DNA of 64,000 bases, taken from assembly GCF_009914755.1 (NCBI RefSeq), contig NC_060927.1; one strand, written 5' to 3'. The notes beneath the pieces were generated by a model that saw nothing but the letters and a program-made list of their open reading frames with translations, ran no database searches and was not told where the DNA came from. This document shows, piece by piece, positions 10,530 to 24,042 of this stretch. This DNA is from the human T2T-CHM13v2.0 reference genome, Homo sapiens. Position numbers and translations under genes: made by a program. Within the stretch, counting starts at the first letter, position 1. Each line of letters begins with the position of its first letter.

Positions 10530-11755
10530 AACCTAAACACCTTATTTACTTCTACAATGCTGCTTGACCCCAATACAAATTCAACAGTCGTTCCAAATAG
10601 CCAGAAAACAGCACTTTTGATTTTTCCTTTCTACAAGATCTAGATAATTCTTATCATAAAATAGGCAAACGGTCTGAGGTGCCTGATGTCCAGGCATTCT
10701 TTTACACATCAATCCTTCCCTAGCCTCTGTTCCCAATGCAACTCATCCCAAATCTTCCTTCTTTCCCTCCCGCCTGTCCCCTCAGTCCCAACCCCAAGCG
10801 TCGCTGAGTCTTTCCTCTTTCCAATCTTCCTTTTCTACAGACCCATCTGACCTCTCCCCTCTTCCCCAGGCTGTTCCTTTCCAGGCCGAGCTAGGTCCCA
10901 ATTCTTCCTCAGCCTCTGCTCCTCCACCCTATAATCCTTTTATCACCTACCCTCCTCATACCCAGTCTGGCTTACAGTTTCGTTCTGCCACCTGCCCAGC
11001 AATTTCCTCTTAAAAAGGTGGCTGGAGTTAAAGGCATAGTCAAGGTTAATACTCCTTTTTCTTTATCTGACCTCTCCCAAATCAGTTAGCATTTAGACTC
11101 TTTTTCATCAAATATGAAAAACCCAGCCCAGTTCATGGCCCGTTTAGCAGCAACCCTGAGACGCTTTACAGCCCTAGACCTTAAAAAGTCAAAAGGCTGT
11201 CTTATTCTCAATATACATTTTATTACCCAATCTGCTCCTGACATTAAATAAATTACCAAAAATTAAATTCCAGCCCTCAAACTCCACAACAGGACTTAAT
11301 TAACCTCACCTTCAAAGTGTACAATAATAGAGTAGAGGCAGCCAAGTAGCAATGTATTTCTGAGTTGTAATTCCTTGCCTCCACTGCAAGACAAACCCCA
11401 GCCACATCTCCAGCACACAAGAACTCCAGACGCCTGAACCGCAGCTGCCAGGGATTCCTCCAGAACCTCCTCCCCCAGGAGCTTGCTACAAGTGCCAGAA
11501 ATCTGGCCACTGTGCCAAGGAATGCCCACAGCCTGGGATTCCTCCTAAGCCATGTCCCATCTGTGCAGGACCCCACTGAAAATCGAACTGTTCAACTTAC
11601 CTGGCAGTCACTTCCAGTGCCCCTGGAACTCTGGCCCAAGGCTTTCTGACTCCTTCCCAGATCTTCTTGGCTCAGCAGCTGAAGACCGACACTGCCCAAT
11701 TGCCTTGGAAGCTTCCTGGACCATCACAGATGCTTTAGGTAATTCTTACAGTAGA
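10530..11755 (+). pseudogene. gag: HERV-H #1 gag remnant
   Basis: CX2CX4HX4C knuckle CYKCQKSGHCAKEC at 11484-11525. Many stops and frameshifts; bounds approximate. Confidence 0.8.
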
Positions 11756-14040
11756 AGGTAAGTCTGTCCCCTTCTTAATCAATATGAAGGCTACCCACTC
11801 CACATTACCTTCTTTTCAAGGGCCTGTTTCCTTTGCCTCCATAACTGTTGTGGGTATTGACGGCCAGGCTTCTAAACATCTTAAAACTCCCCAACTCTAG
11901 TGCCAACTTAGACAACATTCTTTTATGCACTCTTTTTTAGTTATCCCCACCTGTCTAGTTCCATTATTAGGCCAAGACATTTTAACTAAATTATCTGCTT
12001 CACTGTTCCTGAACTGCAGCCACACGTCATTGCCGCCCTTTTCCCCAGTTCAAAGCCTCCTTTGCATCCTCCTCTCATATCCCCCAACCTTAACCCACAA
12101 GTATAGGATACCTCTACTCCCTCCTTGGCAACCGATCATGCACCCCCTTACCATCTCATTAAAACCTAATCACCCTTACTCCACTCAACGCCAATATCCC
12201 ATCCTGCAGCACGCATTAAAAGGATTAAAGCCTGTTATCACTCACCTGCTACAGCAAGGCCTTTGAAGCCTATAAACTCTCCTTACAATTCCATTTCACC
12301 TGTCCTAAAACCAGACAAGGCTTACAGGTTACTTCAGGATCTGCACATTATCAACCAAATTGTTTTGCCTCTCCACCCTGTGGTGCCAAACCCATATACT
12401 CTCCTATCCTCAATACCTCCCTCTACAACCCATTATTCTGTTCTGGCTCTCAAACATGCTTTCTTTACTATTCCTTTGCACCTTTCATCCTAACCTCTCT
12501 TCCTCTCACTTGGAGTGACCCTGATACCCATTAGGCTCAGCAAATTACCTGGGCTGTACTGCTGCAAGGCTTCACAGACAGCTCCCATTACTTCAGTCAA
12601 GCCCAAATTTCTTCCTCATCTGTTACCTATCTCAGCATAATTCTCATGAAAACAGACCTGCTCTCTCTGCTGATCATGTCCAACTGATCTCTCAAACCCC
12701 AACACCTTCTACAAAACAACAATTCCTTTCCTTCCTAGGCATGCTTAGGTACTTTCGACTTTAGATACCTGGTTTTGCCATCCTAACAAAACCATTATAT
12801 AAACTCACAAAAGGAAACTTAGCTGACCCCATAGATCCTAAATCCTTTCCCCACTCCTCTTTCCATTCCTTGAAGACAGCTTTAGAGACTGCCCCCGCCC
12901 TAGCTCTCCCTGACTCATCCCAACCCTTTTGATTACCCACAGCCGAAGTGCAGGTCTGTGCGGTTGGAATTCTTACACAAGAACCAGGACCGTGCGCTGT
13001 AGCCTTTTTATCCAAACTTGACCTCACTGTTTTAGCCTAGCCCTCATGTCTGCATGCAGTGGCTGCCACTGCCTTAATACTTTTAGAGGCCCTCTAAATC
13101 ACAAACTATGCTCAACTCACTCTCTACAGTTCTCATAACTTCCAAACTCTATTTTCTTCCTCACACCTGACACATATACTTTCTGATCTCTAGCTCCTTC
13201 AGCTGTACTCTTTGTTGAGTCTCCTACAATTACCATTGTTCCTGGCCTGGACCTCAATCCGGCCTCCCACATTATTCCTGATACCACACCTGGCCCCCAT
13301 GACTGCATCTCTCTGATCCACCTGACATTCACCCCATTTCCCCCTATTTCCTTCTTTCCTGTTCCTCACTGTGATCACACTTGGTTTATTGATGGCAGTT
13401 CCACCAGGCCTAATCACCACACTCCAGCAAAGGCAGGCTATGCTATAGTACAAGCCACTAGCCCACCTCTTAGAAGCTCTCATTTCCTTTCCATCGTGGA
13501 AATCTATCCTTAAGGAAATAATTTCTCTGTGTTCCATCTGCTATTCTACTACTCCTTAGGGATTATTCAGGCCCCCTACCTTCCCTACACATCAAGCTCT
13601 GGGATTTGCCCCTGCCCAGGACTGGCAAATTGGCTTTACTCAACATGCCCTGAGTCAGGAAACTAAAATACCTCTTGGTCTAAGTAGACACTTTAACTGG
13701 ATAGGTAGAGGACTTTCCCACAGGGTCTAAGATGGCCACGGTCATTTCTTCCCTTCTGTCAGACATAATTCCTCGATTTGGCCTTCCCACCTCTATACAG
13801 ACGTATAATGGACCGGCCTTTATTAGTCAAATCACCCAAGCAGTTTCTCAGACTCTTAGTATTCAGTGAACTAATGGTCTTTTAAAAACACACCTCACCA
13901 AGCTCAGCCGTCAACTTAAAAAGGACTGGATAATACTTTTACCACTTGCCCTTCTCAGAATTCAAGCTTGTTCTCGGAATGCTACAAGGTACAGCCCATT
14001 TGAGCTCCTGTATAGACACTCCTTTTTATTAGGCCCCAGT
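11756..14040 (+). pseudogene. pol: HERV-H #1 pro-pol remnant
   Basis: Protease FLINMKATHS (catalytic DTG lost). RT fragments include LKPINSPYNS, YRLLQDL and LLQGFTDS. The YIDD block is deleted. RNase H WFIDGSS at about 13382, then a truncated integrase. Confidence 0.85.
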
Positions 14041-14669
14041 CTCATTCCAGACACCAGACCAACTTAGACTGCGCCCCGCCCCCCACAAAAAAAAACTACT
14101 TGTCATCCCTGCTATATTCTGTCTAGTCATACTCCTATTCACCATTCTCAACTACTCATAAATGCCCTGCTCTTGTTTACACTGCCGGTTTACACTGTTT
14201 CTCCAAGCCATCACAGCTGATATCTCCTGATGCTATCCCCAAACCGCCACTCTTAACTCCCTCTTAAAGTAATTAAGTAATCTTTCCTGGCAGGGCTATG
14301 CTGAAACTCCTTAGGCACTCTCTAGTTAGATGTCCTAGGTCCTCCCAATTCTTAGTCCTTTAATACCTGTTTTTCTCCTTGTCTTATTCCGTTCTTTTTT
14401 CAATTCATACAAAACCATATCCAGGCCATCACCAATAATTCTACACCACAAATGTTTCTTCTAACAACCCCACAATATCACCCCTTACCACAAAATCTTC
14501 CTTCAGCTTAATCTCTTCCACTCTAGGTTCCCTTGCCACCCCTAATCCCGCTCGAAGCAGCCCTGAGAAACATCACCCGTTGTCTCTCCATACCACCCCC
14601 AAAAATTTTCTCCCCAACACTTCAACACTATTATGTTTTATTTTTCTTATTAATATAAGAAGACAGGAA

Positions 14670-15071
14670 TGTCAGGCCTCTGAGCCCAAGCTAAGCCATC
14701 ATATCCCCTGTGACCTGCATGTATACATCCAGATGGCCTGAAGTAAGTGAAGAATCACAAAAGAAGTGATATTTAAATGGCCTGTTCCTGCCTTAACTGA
14801 TGACATTACTTTGTGAAATTCCTTCTCCTGGCTCATCCTGGCTCAAAAAGCTCCCCCACTGAGCACCCTGTGACCCACCCCCCCACTCCTGCCGGCCAGA
14901 GAACAATCCCCCTTTTTCCTTTACCTACCCAAATCTTATAAAACGGCCCCACCCCATCTCCCTTTGCTGACTCTCTTTTCGACTCAGCCCACCTGCACAC
15001 AGGTGAAATAAACAGCCTTGTTGCTCACACAAAGCCTGTTTGGTGGTCTCTTCACATGGACACGAGTGAAA
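14670..15071 (+). repeat. 3' LTR7 of HERV-H #1 (402 bp), preceded by PPT aagaagacaggaa (14657-14669)
   Basis: Direct repeat of 9272-9721 lacking one 51-bp U3 unit. AATAAA at about 15007. Confidence 0.95.
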
Positions 15072-16340
15072 GTAACTATTTTGTTAAACATATTGGTCTC
15101 AATATGCAAGTCATAGGGCAAATTTTTCTTTTTCCATTCCCTTCAAACATACTCATTAGCTTGGTTCTGTGTGCTTCTGGGACAAAATCACCAATAGGTC
15201 TTCAGGTATTTCCAAGGCTCAAAATTTCTTTTATTGAGATGAAATTCCGAGTTACCGTGATAATCACGACTCTCAACTTCAACAAAATTAAAGCTTTCTT
15301 TCTTCTCCCACTGAATGCTGCTTCAAGATTGGAGGTCTGCACTTGCTAAGAAAAAAAAGTCAGTTTGTCTCCTTATTTTGCCAACTCCCTCCTTAAGCCC
15401 TAGCTTCATTTTCTGAGCCCATAACACTCATTAAGAGTTTATTAAGAGTGCAGGTAATTTGGGGTAAGAGATGCAGCCTAATTCTATTTTGATCTGATAT
15501 TGGCCCTCTTTCAAATTGGCAGATATTGAATGCTGACTTTTCTATTGAGGGATTTTCTCTGTTTCTCAGAGGATCCCTCCCCCATCCCCCAGGCAGTTCC
15601 ACCTGCAGCTTGCTTGTTGATGTCTCCTCCAGCTGACTTTTTATGATTCCTTTTCCCAGAACTCAGCCTTGGCTTAACAGGAAACTCAACGTAGGTTTCT
15701 CAGTCCTAGTTCAATTGGGTGAGGTCCCCTGAGAACCGGCATATTCTCTTGTGGTTGTGCATCTGGTCCAAAGAAAACATGACACTTTGCCCTCCTCTCA
15801 GTTCTGTGAATTCATGAAAATAATAATATTCTTTTATCTTTATAACTCTCAGGTGTGTTTAAAACTCACTTCTGTGGCTTTCAATATCTAGAGATATATA
15901 AAAAGTTTTGTTAATTGTTCCTCACCAAAGTCTTCTCAGTTGGTGTAAGGATGAAAAGAACACAGCATTCCAGCACTTTTGCTAATGAAATTCTGTTTGC
16001 CTTTTTTAGCTGAATCCTCAATTAAATAACCACTACATCCATATCCTCAAAATAAATAATGAACTAAGAGTTCAAAATGTTTTGTATGGTCCTTCTTTGC
16101 AATTTCCTTATACATCTTCTAGCATATTCCATTGGCATATACATGTTCTTGGTCTTACAGACTCAACCAGTGAGAATCATGCCATTTTAATCAGTTGTTG
16201 ACTCCTTCAAATGATGGTCACACAGTAAAGCAGCAGCAGCACCACCGAAGAATATGCTTCCACTATCACCACATTTGCTATGTTCTGAGCCTCATAAATC
16301 CAAGCAAGGACTCTTTGATGCCATTTTCAGAGGAGGATAT

Positions 16341-16696
16341 TATTACGGATTGAATGCTTGTGTCCCCCCAAACTCATATATTGAGGTCCTAGTGCCTAAT
16401 ATGATAGTATTTGAAGATGGAGCCTTTTGGGGGTAATTCGGGTTAGATGAGATTATGTGTGTGGCCCTCATAATATGATTAGTGTCATAAGATGAGTAAG
16501 AGAGAAAAAGCCATGTGAAAATACAGCTAGAGGATGGCTCTCCAGAAGCCAGGAGGAGAACTCTCACCAGGAACTGAATGAGCTGATGCCTTAATCTTGG
16601 ACTTCCAACCCTCCAGGACTGTGAGAAATAAATTTCTGTTATTTGAGCCACCTAGTATATGGCATTTTATTTGGTCAGCCTGAGCTGACTAAGATA
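16341..16696 (+). mobile_element. MLT1A-like MaLR solo LTR
   Basis: ggattgaatgcttgtgtccccc ... gtgagaaataaatttctgtt ... gactaagata. Confidence 0.8.
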
Positions 16697-19626
16697 CCAT
16701 GACTTATAAATCTTGGGAACTTGCCAAAAATGTCACAGCTTAGAGGTTGAGTCAGGATTCAAACCTACTAGGGCAGTTTAAATGCAGTCTCCTGCTTTTT
16801 TGATATTGCCCTCTGTTTTCTCCTGTTGCTTTGAACTGCTTGGATGAGGTTTTGTGTTAATGTTAACAATTTTTCTGTTTTTTTTATATTGTATCCACTC
16901 TTTCATTAAATACTTCCCAGTATCTCTAGATTGGGCTGAGACTTACTCCCATTGCCTACCCCAGCAGTACCCCTGTTCATCTTTTTGATTTGAATTTATA
17001 TACTGTTTTAGACAGCAAATATGTGCACATGCACTGTGTATATTGTATGCATATATGTGCTATGTATTTTTATTTATAATATGTTAAAGTAATGTCTACT
17101 GCCATGTTTTATTAATTACTAACATCTAGAGCCTGAAAATTGATGTCTATTCCTCTGCAGGTAATTACATATTTGAAACCCTTCTATGAGCCACATGTAC
17201 AGACCTGAATATACAGTCTTATTTTTATTAACATGGTTTTTCAGATATCTTCAAGGATTCAAGCTGTTTTGGGGTAATTCATGTTCATGTTAAATGATGA
17301 TTGATAAAGCTATGTAATGATTAACATTTTTGATAAATACATCAAATCAACAAAACAAAAGCCAGAAATATAATAAGATGGAGGATATAATGCTGTAAAT
17401 CCTAGCAGGCCCTCTCTACTATTTTCCAGGTTTAGGAAGTCTTCTTTTTACAGAAGTGAATAAATTGGAGTAGCTCCAGCCCACTGTTAGCATTATGCTT
17501 AGCGACCCTGCACAGAAAATCTGTTCAAATTCCCTGAATCCAATTAAGTTGCTGACATAGTTTCTTATCTGATTACAAACAGCTTAAATTGCTGTTAAAT
17601 GATTTCAATAATCCACATATAACTTGAAATCAGTTAAGTATTTTTATATTTTTTTCTTCAAAGATGAAATTTACTTGGCATTTATTCAAGTATACAAGGA
17701 AGAGCAACAGAAAAGTTGAAAGGGATTAGATGTAATGATCACAAAACTTATTATAATTAAAATATTCCTGTGAAGATCCTGGTGGGATGTTAAACTTCAG
17801 AATGTGTAATATATTTCCGTTTGCCTTTGATCATTCATGTGTTTAACTTACTGAGAAGTAAAAAAAAAAAAAGAAAATACATTTTTTTCTGAACACCTAA
17901 GTTTACTTATTCAAATGAATTACATTTGAAAAAGAAAATTGATAGAAATCTACTCTATAAAAATGAGTTGAAATAAATCACTTAAATTTATTTCCAGTTC
18001 AAGAATTATTTTTAGATATGACTTTTTAATTTCTTTCAAAAACTAGAAAGCACTCTTGAAACCTGATTGATATTTTTTGGAAAGAAAACTAAAAAGACAA
18101 GAGGTTGTACGAATGTAAGGCATAGTCTCAGTTTCCTGACCAAATGTTGTTCAAGAGAAAAGCTAGAAATCAGATACTGAGGTCACAAATGTTTTCAGCA
18201 TTTCTAACTGTATATTTGATGTCCTATAACCTAGACCACACATTTTTAACTGCTAAAACTTAGGCAATTTTTATTACGGGATAATACTGACAGGATAAAA
18301 AGCAGTTTGAACAGCAAGCTGTCATTAGCAACAATGGAAAAACCACATCAGAAACCTGACCTAGTGTATATATGATATCCTCCTGTGTGTTAAAACTTTA
18401 AAACAGTGTTTATTGCCCTAAGAATAAGGAGGGGGTAGAAGGACATGCTGTTGTTGTTTCATATTTTTACTCCATTAGCAAGTGACATTATTCAAGCCTC
18501 ATTATTGCTCCTAATGAAGCAATACAACAAAGCTAAACTTCAAGACAGTTTAAAATATTTGAGTGAGTTCCCGCAGTGCATTGAACTTGGTGAGAAAGCT
18601 TTTGCAAAAAGTGCAAAACCAGAGAACAGTCTTTCAAGTATCTTAATTTCCATGATAAACAGAGACACTTCTAGTTCAATATTTGGCTAAAACTGGTAGT
18701 GATATAAATAACACAAGAGCTATTTGCAAGGCCATTTATTTTTCTTGTTGCTTCTGCTAATAGCACTTTTGTGATAGGGTTTGTGGACAAGGCAACAGAC
18801 AACAAAACTACTTCCTTGAAATCTACATGTCACCAGGAAGGTATGCTTGTCAAGGAAAACAATGATGAAGACATTGATGCAAAATATACAAGTTTAGAGT
18901 ACTGTTAAGCTGCTCTGGTTGTAATTCCTCACTGTATAAACTTTCCATGAGGCAGCAAAAGGTACAGAGGCCTCATTTTTATACAGTCCCATTACCATAT
19001 GTAAAAAAGACAATAGTAATGTTCTAAAATGTAACTTAAATTTTAAAAAAAGCCTCCTGTTATCAGCCTTCAAAGTACAACGAAGTTAAGTTGAATGAAA
19101 TTATCTCCGAAATACGTAATATTAAAGTTAAGATATTCACATATTAAATGGGTAATTAATAAGACAAAAAGTGAAAAACTAATCTAAGCCACAGAATAGT
19201 TACATAAATAGGTGATAAAGTTGAAAGTTGTAGAAATTTAATAAAAGAAACAGAGAGCTGAAAACCAGAAAGGTAGAGTAAAGGAATATATAAAAAAGAT
19301 CATAACCATGCCATTAAGGCATAAATATTCTATTGATTAATGCAAGTCAGCAGAATAAATGAAAATTTATGGATTGACTACATTTCAGATTGAAGTTACA
19401 GTGAGATGTGACTACATCCTTGGACTCCAAATTTCCATTTGCAATGTACATATATTTTTCATGTAAAAGAAAATTTAAAATAAAAAGTATTATTTGGAAA
19501 TTTATTCCAAAAATTTATTCTTGGTATTTGAGAAAATTTTTGATAAAGAGAAGGAATAACAGGCAAAAACACAAACAAAAACAAAAAGTGTTAGTCTTTT
19601 TAGAGACACTAACACTACATTGTTTC

Positions 19627-20064
19627 CTTCATACGTGTCCGTGTGAAGAGACCACCAAACAGGCTTTGTGTGAGCAATAAAGCTTTTAATCACCTGGGTG
19701 CAGGCAGGCTGAGTCCGAAAAGAGAGTCAGCAAAGAGAGTCAGCAAAGAGAGTCAGCAAAGACAGACAGGGGTGGGGCCGTTTTATAAGATTTGGGTAGG
19801 TAAAGGAAAATTACAGTCAAAGGGGGGTTGTTCTCTGTCGAGCAGGAGTAGGGGTCACAAGGTGCTCAGTAGGGGAGGTTTTGAGCCAGGATGAGCCAGG
19901 AGAAGGAATTTCACAAGACAATGTCATCAGTTAAGGCAGGAACAGGCCATTTTCACTTCTTTTGTGGTGGAATGTCATCAGTTAAGGCAGGAACTGGCCA
20001 TCTGAATGTGTACGTGCAGGTCACAGGGGATATGATGGCTTAGCTTGGGCTCAGAGGCCTGACA
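19627..20064 (-). repeat. 3' LTR7 of HERV-H #2
   Basis: Reverse complement of tgtcaggcctctgagcccaagc...ggacacgtatgaag. Poly(A) signal is the ATTAAA variant. U3 structure differs from provirus #1. Confidence 0.95.
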
Positions 20065-20629
20065 TTCCTGTCTTCTTATATTAATAAGAAAAACAAAACG
20101 AAATAGTGGTAAAGTGTTGGGATGGCAAAAATTTTGGGGGATGCTATGGAGAGATAATGGGCGATGTTTCTCAGGGCTGCTTCAAGCAGGATTAGGGGTG
20201 GCATGGGAACCTAGAGTGGAAGAGATTAAACTGAAGGAAGATTCTGTGGTAAGGGGTGATATTGTGGGACTGTTAGAAGATATGGTTTTGTATGAACTGA
20301 AAAACTAAACGGAATAAGGAGAAAAACAGGTATTAAAGATCTAAGAATTGGGAGGACCCAGGACATCTAATTAGAGAGTGCCTAAGGAGATTCAGCATAG
20401 TCCTGCCAGCAAAGATGATTTAAGAGTGGCAGTTTGGGGATAGCACCAGGAGATATCAGCTGTGATGGGTTGGAGAAACAGTGTAAACTGGCAGTGTAAG
20501 CAAGAGCAGGGCATATATGAGTAGTTGAGAACAGTGAATAGGAGTATGACTAGACAGAAGATAGTAGGGATGACAAGTTTTTTGGGGCACAGTCCAAGTT
20601 GGTCTGGTGTCTGGAATGAGACTGGGGCT

Positions 20630-22525
20630 TAATAAAAAAGAGTGTCTATACAGGAGCTTAAATGGGCTGTACCTTGTAGCATTCCAAGGACAGGTCAGAA
20701 TTCTGAGAAGGGAAGGTGGTAAAAGGCTAAACCGAGGAATTATGTCTGACAGAAGGGAAGAAATGACTGTGGTGGCCTTCTCAGACCTTGTAGGAAAGAC
20801 CTCTACTTATCCAGTGAAAATGTCTACTTAGACTAAGAGGTATTTTTGTTTTCTGACTCGGTGCATGTTGAGTAAAGCTAATTTGCCAGTCCTGGGCAAA
20901 TGGTAATTGTGGGACTTAACAAAGAGTGAGTACAGCTGAAGGAGCTGGGGATCAGAAAGTATATGTATCAGGTGTGAGGAAGAAAATAGCTTTTGGAAGT
21001 TATGAGAGCTGTAGAGAGTGAGTTGAGCATAGTTTGTGATTTTGAGGGCCTGTAAAAGTATTAAAGCAGCGGCAGCCACTGCACGCAGATATGAGGGCTA
21101 GGCTAAAACAGTAAGGTCAAGTTGTTTGGACAGAAAGGCTACAGGACACAATCCTGGTCCTTGTGTTAGAATGCACAGCTCTGCACTTCAGCTGTGTGTA
21201 ATGAAAAGGGTTGGGATGAGTCAGGGAGAGCTAGGGCGGGGGCAGTCTCTAAAGCTGTCTTCAAGGAATGCAAAGAGGAGTGGGGAAAGGATTTAGGATC
21301 TATGGGGTCAGCTAGGTTTCCTTTCGTGAGTTTATATAATGGTTTTGTTAGGATGGCAAAACCAGGTATCCAAAGGCGAAAGTATCCAACCATGCCCAGG
21401 AAGGAAAGGAGTTGTTTTTTTGTAGAAGGGGTTGGGGTTTGAGAGCACTTGTGTTTTTATGTAGAATTATGCTGAGGTAGGTAATGGATGGAGAAGAAAT
21501 TTGAGCTTTGGAGGGGGATACCTGATATCCTTTGGAGAATAAATGCTGAAGGAGCAGAAGTATGTCTTGTTGAGAAGATTCAAAGGAGGGGCTACAAAGA
21601 AGAAGGTCATCAATATATTGAATAAGGTGAGAAGCAGAGGGGTGGAAAGAAAGTAAATCACGAGAAACAGCTTGGCTGAAGTAATGAGGGCTGTCCATGA
21701 AACCTTGCAGCAGCACAGCCCAGGTAAGCTGCTGGGACTGATGGGTGTCATGGTCAGTCTGAAAGCAAAGAGAGGCTGGGATGAGGGGTGCAGTGGAATT
21801 GTGAAAAAAGCATCTTTAAGATCAAGAATGGAATAGTGAGTTGTGGAGGGAGGTATTGAGAACAAAAGAATGTACAGGTTGGGCACCACAGGGTTGATAG
21901 GCAAAACAATTTGGTTGATAAGGCGCATATCCTGAACTAATCTGTAAGACTTGTCCGGTTTTTGGACAGGTAAAATGGGGGAACTGTAAGGAGAGTTTAT
22001 AGGTTTTAGAAGCCCATGCTGTAACAGGTGAGTGATAACAGGCTTTAATCCTTTTAAAGCGTGCTGTGGGATGGGATATTGGCGTTGAGCAGGGTAAGGG
22101 TGATTAGGTTTTAATGGGATGGTAATGGGCATGTGATCTGTTGCCAGGGAAGGAGTAGAGATGTCCCATACTTGTGGGTTAAGATGGGGGGATATGAGAG
22201 GAAGACGCAAAGGAGGCTTTGGATTGGGAAGAAGTGCGGCAATGAGATGTGGCTGTAGTCCAGGAATAGTCAGGGAAGCAGATAATTTAGTTAAAGTGTC
22301 TCAGCCTAATAAGGAAACTGGACAGGTGGGGATAACTAAAAAGGAGTGCTTAAAAGAGTATTGTCTAAGTTGGCACCAGAGTTGGGGAGTTTTAAGAGGT
22401 TTAGAAGCCTGGCCTTCAATACCCACAACAGTTATGGAGGCAAGAGAGACAGGCTGTTGAAAAGAAGGTAATGTGGAGTGGGTAGCCTTCGTATTGATTA
22501 AGAAGGGGATGGACTTACCCTTCAC
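20630..22525 (-). pseudogene. pol: HERV-H #2 pro-pol remnant
   Basis: ORFs 22301-22525 (FLINTKATHS), 21467-22210 (YRLVQDMR, LDLKDAFFTIPL), 21348-21716 (LLQGF, YIDDLLL; YIDD at 21606-21617) and 21166-21393 (GYFRLWIPGFA). Frameshifted. Confidence 0.9.
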
Positions 22526-22529
22526 TGTG

Positions 22530-23740
22530 AGAGTTACCTAAAGCTCGGTGTCGGTGTTGGTCTAGGAGCTTCCGAGACGATTGGGCAGTGTCAGTCTTCA
22601 GCCGCTAAGCTGAGAAGATCTGGGAAGGAGTCAGAGAGAGTTGGGCCGGAGTTCCAGGGGCTCTGAAAGTGGCTGCCAGGTGAGTTGAACAGTCCGATTT
22701 TCAGTGGGGTCCTGCACAGATGGGATGTGGCTTAGGAGGAATCCCGGGCTGTGGGCATTCCTTGGCCCGGTGGCCAGATTTCTGGCACTTGTAGCAAGCT
22801 ACTGGGGGAGGAGGTTCTGGAGGAATGCCTGGCTGCTGCGGTTCAGGCGTTTGGAAGTTCTTGTGTGCTGGAGATGTGGCTCGGGTTTGTCTCACAGTGG
22901 AGGCAAGGAATTGCAACTCAGAAATATGTTGCTACTTGGCTGCCTCTATTATTGTACACCTCGAAGGCGAGGTTAATTAAGTCCTGTTGTGGGGTTTGAG
23001 GGCTGGAATTTAATTTTTGGAGTTTTATTTAATGTCGGGCGCAGATTGGATAATAAAATGTATATTGAAAATAAGACGGCCTTTTGACCTTTTAGGGTCT
23101 AGGGCTGTAAAGCGTCTCAGGGTTGCTGCCAAATGAGCCATGAACTGGGCTGGATTTTTATATTTGATGAAAAAGAGCCTAAATGCTATCTGATTTGGGA
23201 TAAAAAAAAAAAGGAGCATTAACCTTGACTATGCCTTTAGCTCCAGCCACCTTCTTAAGAGTAAATTGCTGGGCAGGTGGGGGAGGGCTAGTCACGGAAC
23301 GAAACTGTAAGCCAGACCCGGTGTGAGGAGGGGAGGTGATAAAAGGATTATAGGGTGGAGGAGCAGAGGCTGAGGAAGAATTGGGACCTAGCTTGGCCTG
23401 GCAAGGAGGGGAGAGGTCAGATGGGTCTGTAGAAAAGGAAGATTAGAAAGACTCGGCGACACTTGGGGTTGGGACTGAGGGGACAGGCGGGAGGGAAAGA
23501 AGGAGGATTTGGGAGGAATCGCATTGGGAACAGAGACTAGAGAGGGACTGATGTGTAAAAGAATGCCTGGATATCAGGCACCACAGACCGTTTACCCATT
23601 TTACGGCAATAATTATTTAGATCTTGTAGGATGGAAAAATTGAAAGTGCCATTTTCTGGCTATTTGGAACCATTGTTAAGTTTGTATTGGGGTCAAGCGG
23701 CATTGCAGAAGACAATAAGGCATTTAGGTTTTAGGTCAGG
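22530..23740 (-). pseudogene. gag: HERV-H #2 gag remnant
   Basis: ORF 22701-22916 contains the CYKCQKSGHRAKEC zinc knuckle. Fragmented; bounds approximate. Confidence 0.8.
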
Positions 23741-23904
23741 TGTGAGATGAAGAGGTTTTAAATTCTTGAGAACACAGGCTAAGGGAGAAGAAGGAGGAAT
23801 GGAAGGTGGAAGCTTGCCCATAGTGAAGGAGGCAAGCCCAGAGAAAAGAGAGTAGAGACATGGAGAAGGGGTGGGGGCTTCTTGCCCTCCAGAAAAGCAG
23901 AGAA

Positions 23905-24042
23905 GGGGTCGGGCTGCAGTAATAAGGGGTTGGGGCACAGAGATAAGAGGTTGGGGCGCAGAGATAAGGGATCGGGGCACAGAGGTAAGAGGTTGGGGTG
24001 CGGAAATAAGGGATCAGGGAGCAGAGATAAGAGATTGGGGTC
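23905..24042. repeat. About 21-bp G-rich tandem repeat of the HERV-H leader (about 6 units)
   Basis: Units such as ggggcacagagataagaggtt / ggggcgcagagataagggatc / ggggtgcggaaataagggatc. Confidence 0.85.

Larger units (their letters stand above)
9272..15071 (+). mobile_element. HERV-H provirus #1 (LTR7-gag-pro-pol-residual env-LTR7), about 5.8 kb deleted type
   Basis: Two LTR7s, a His PBS, a PPT, and a 5-bp TSD GTAGC/GTAAC with one mismatch (9267-9271 / 15072-15076). Confidence 0.97.

Noticed and set aside
14040-14660. Possible HERV-H env ORF
   Set aside because: Only about 600 bp of residual sequence between integrase and PPT; no long ORF.
18445-18690. 81-aa ORF in non-repetitive spacer between the proviruses
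   Set aside because: No recognisable domain or supported exon structure; length is within chance expectation.
21467-22210. Longest ORF (247 aa) as a functional reverse transcriptase
   Set aside because: Only the N-terminal RT part is in frame. It frameshifts before LPQG/YIDD, and the provirus has no 5' LTR.
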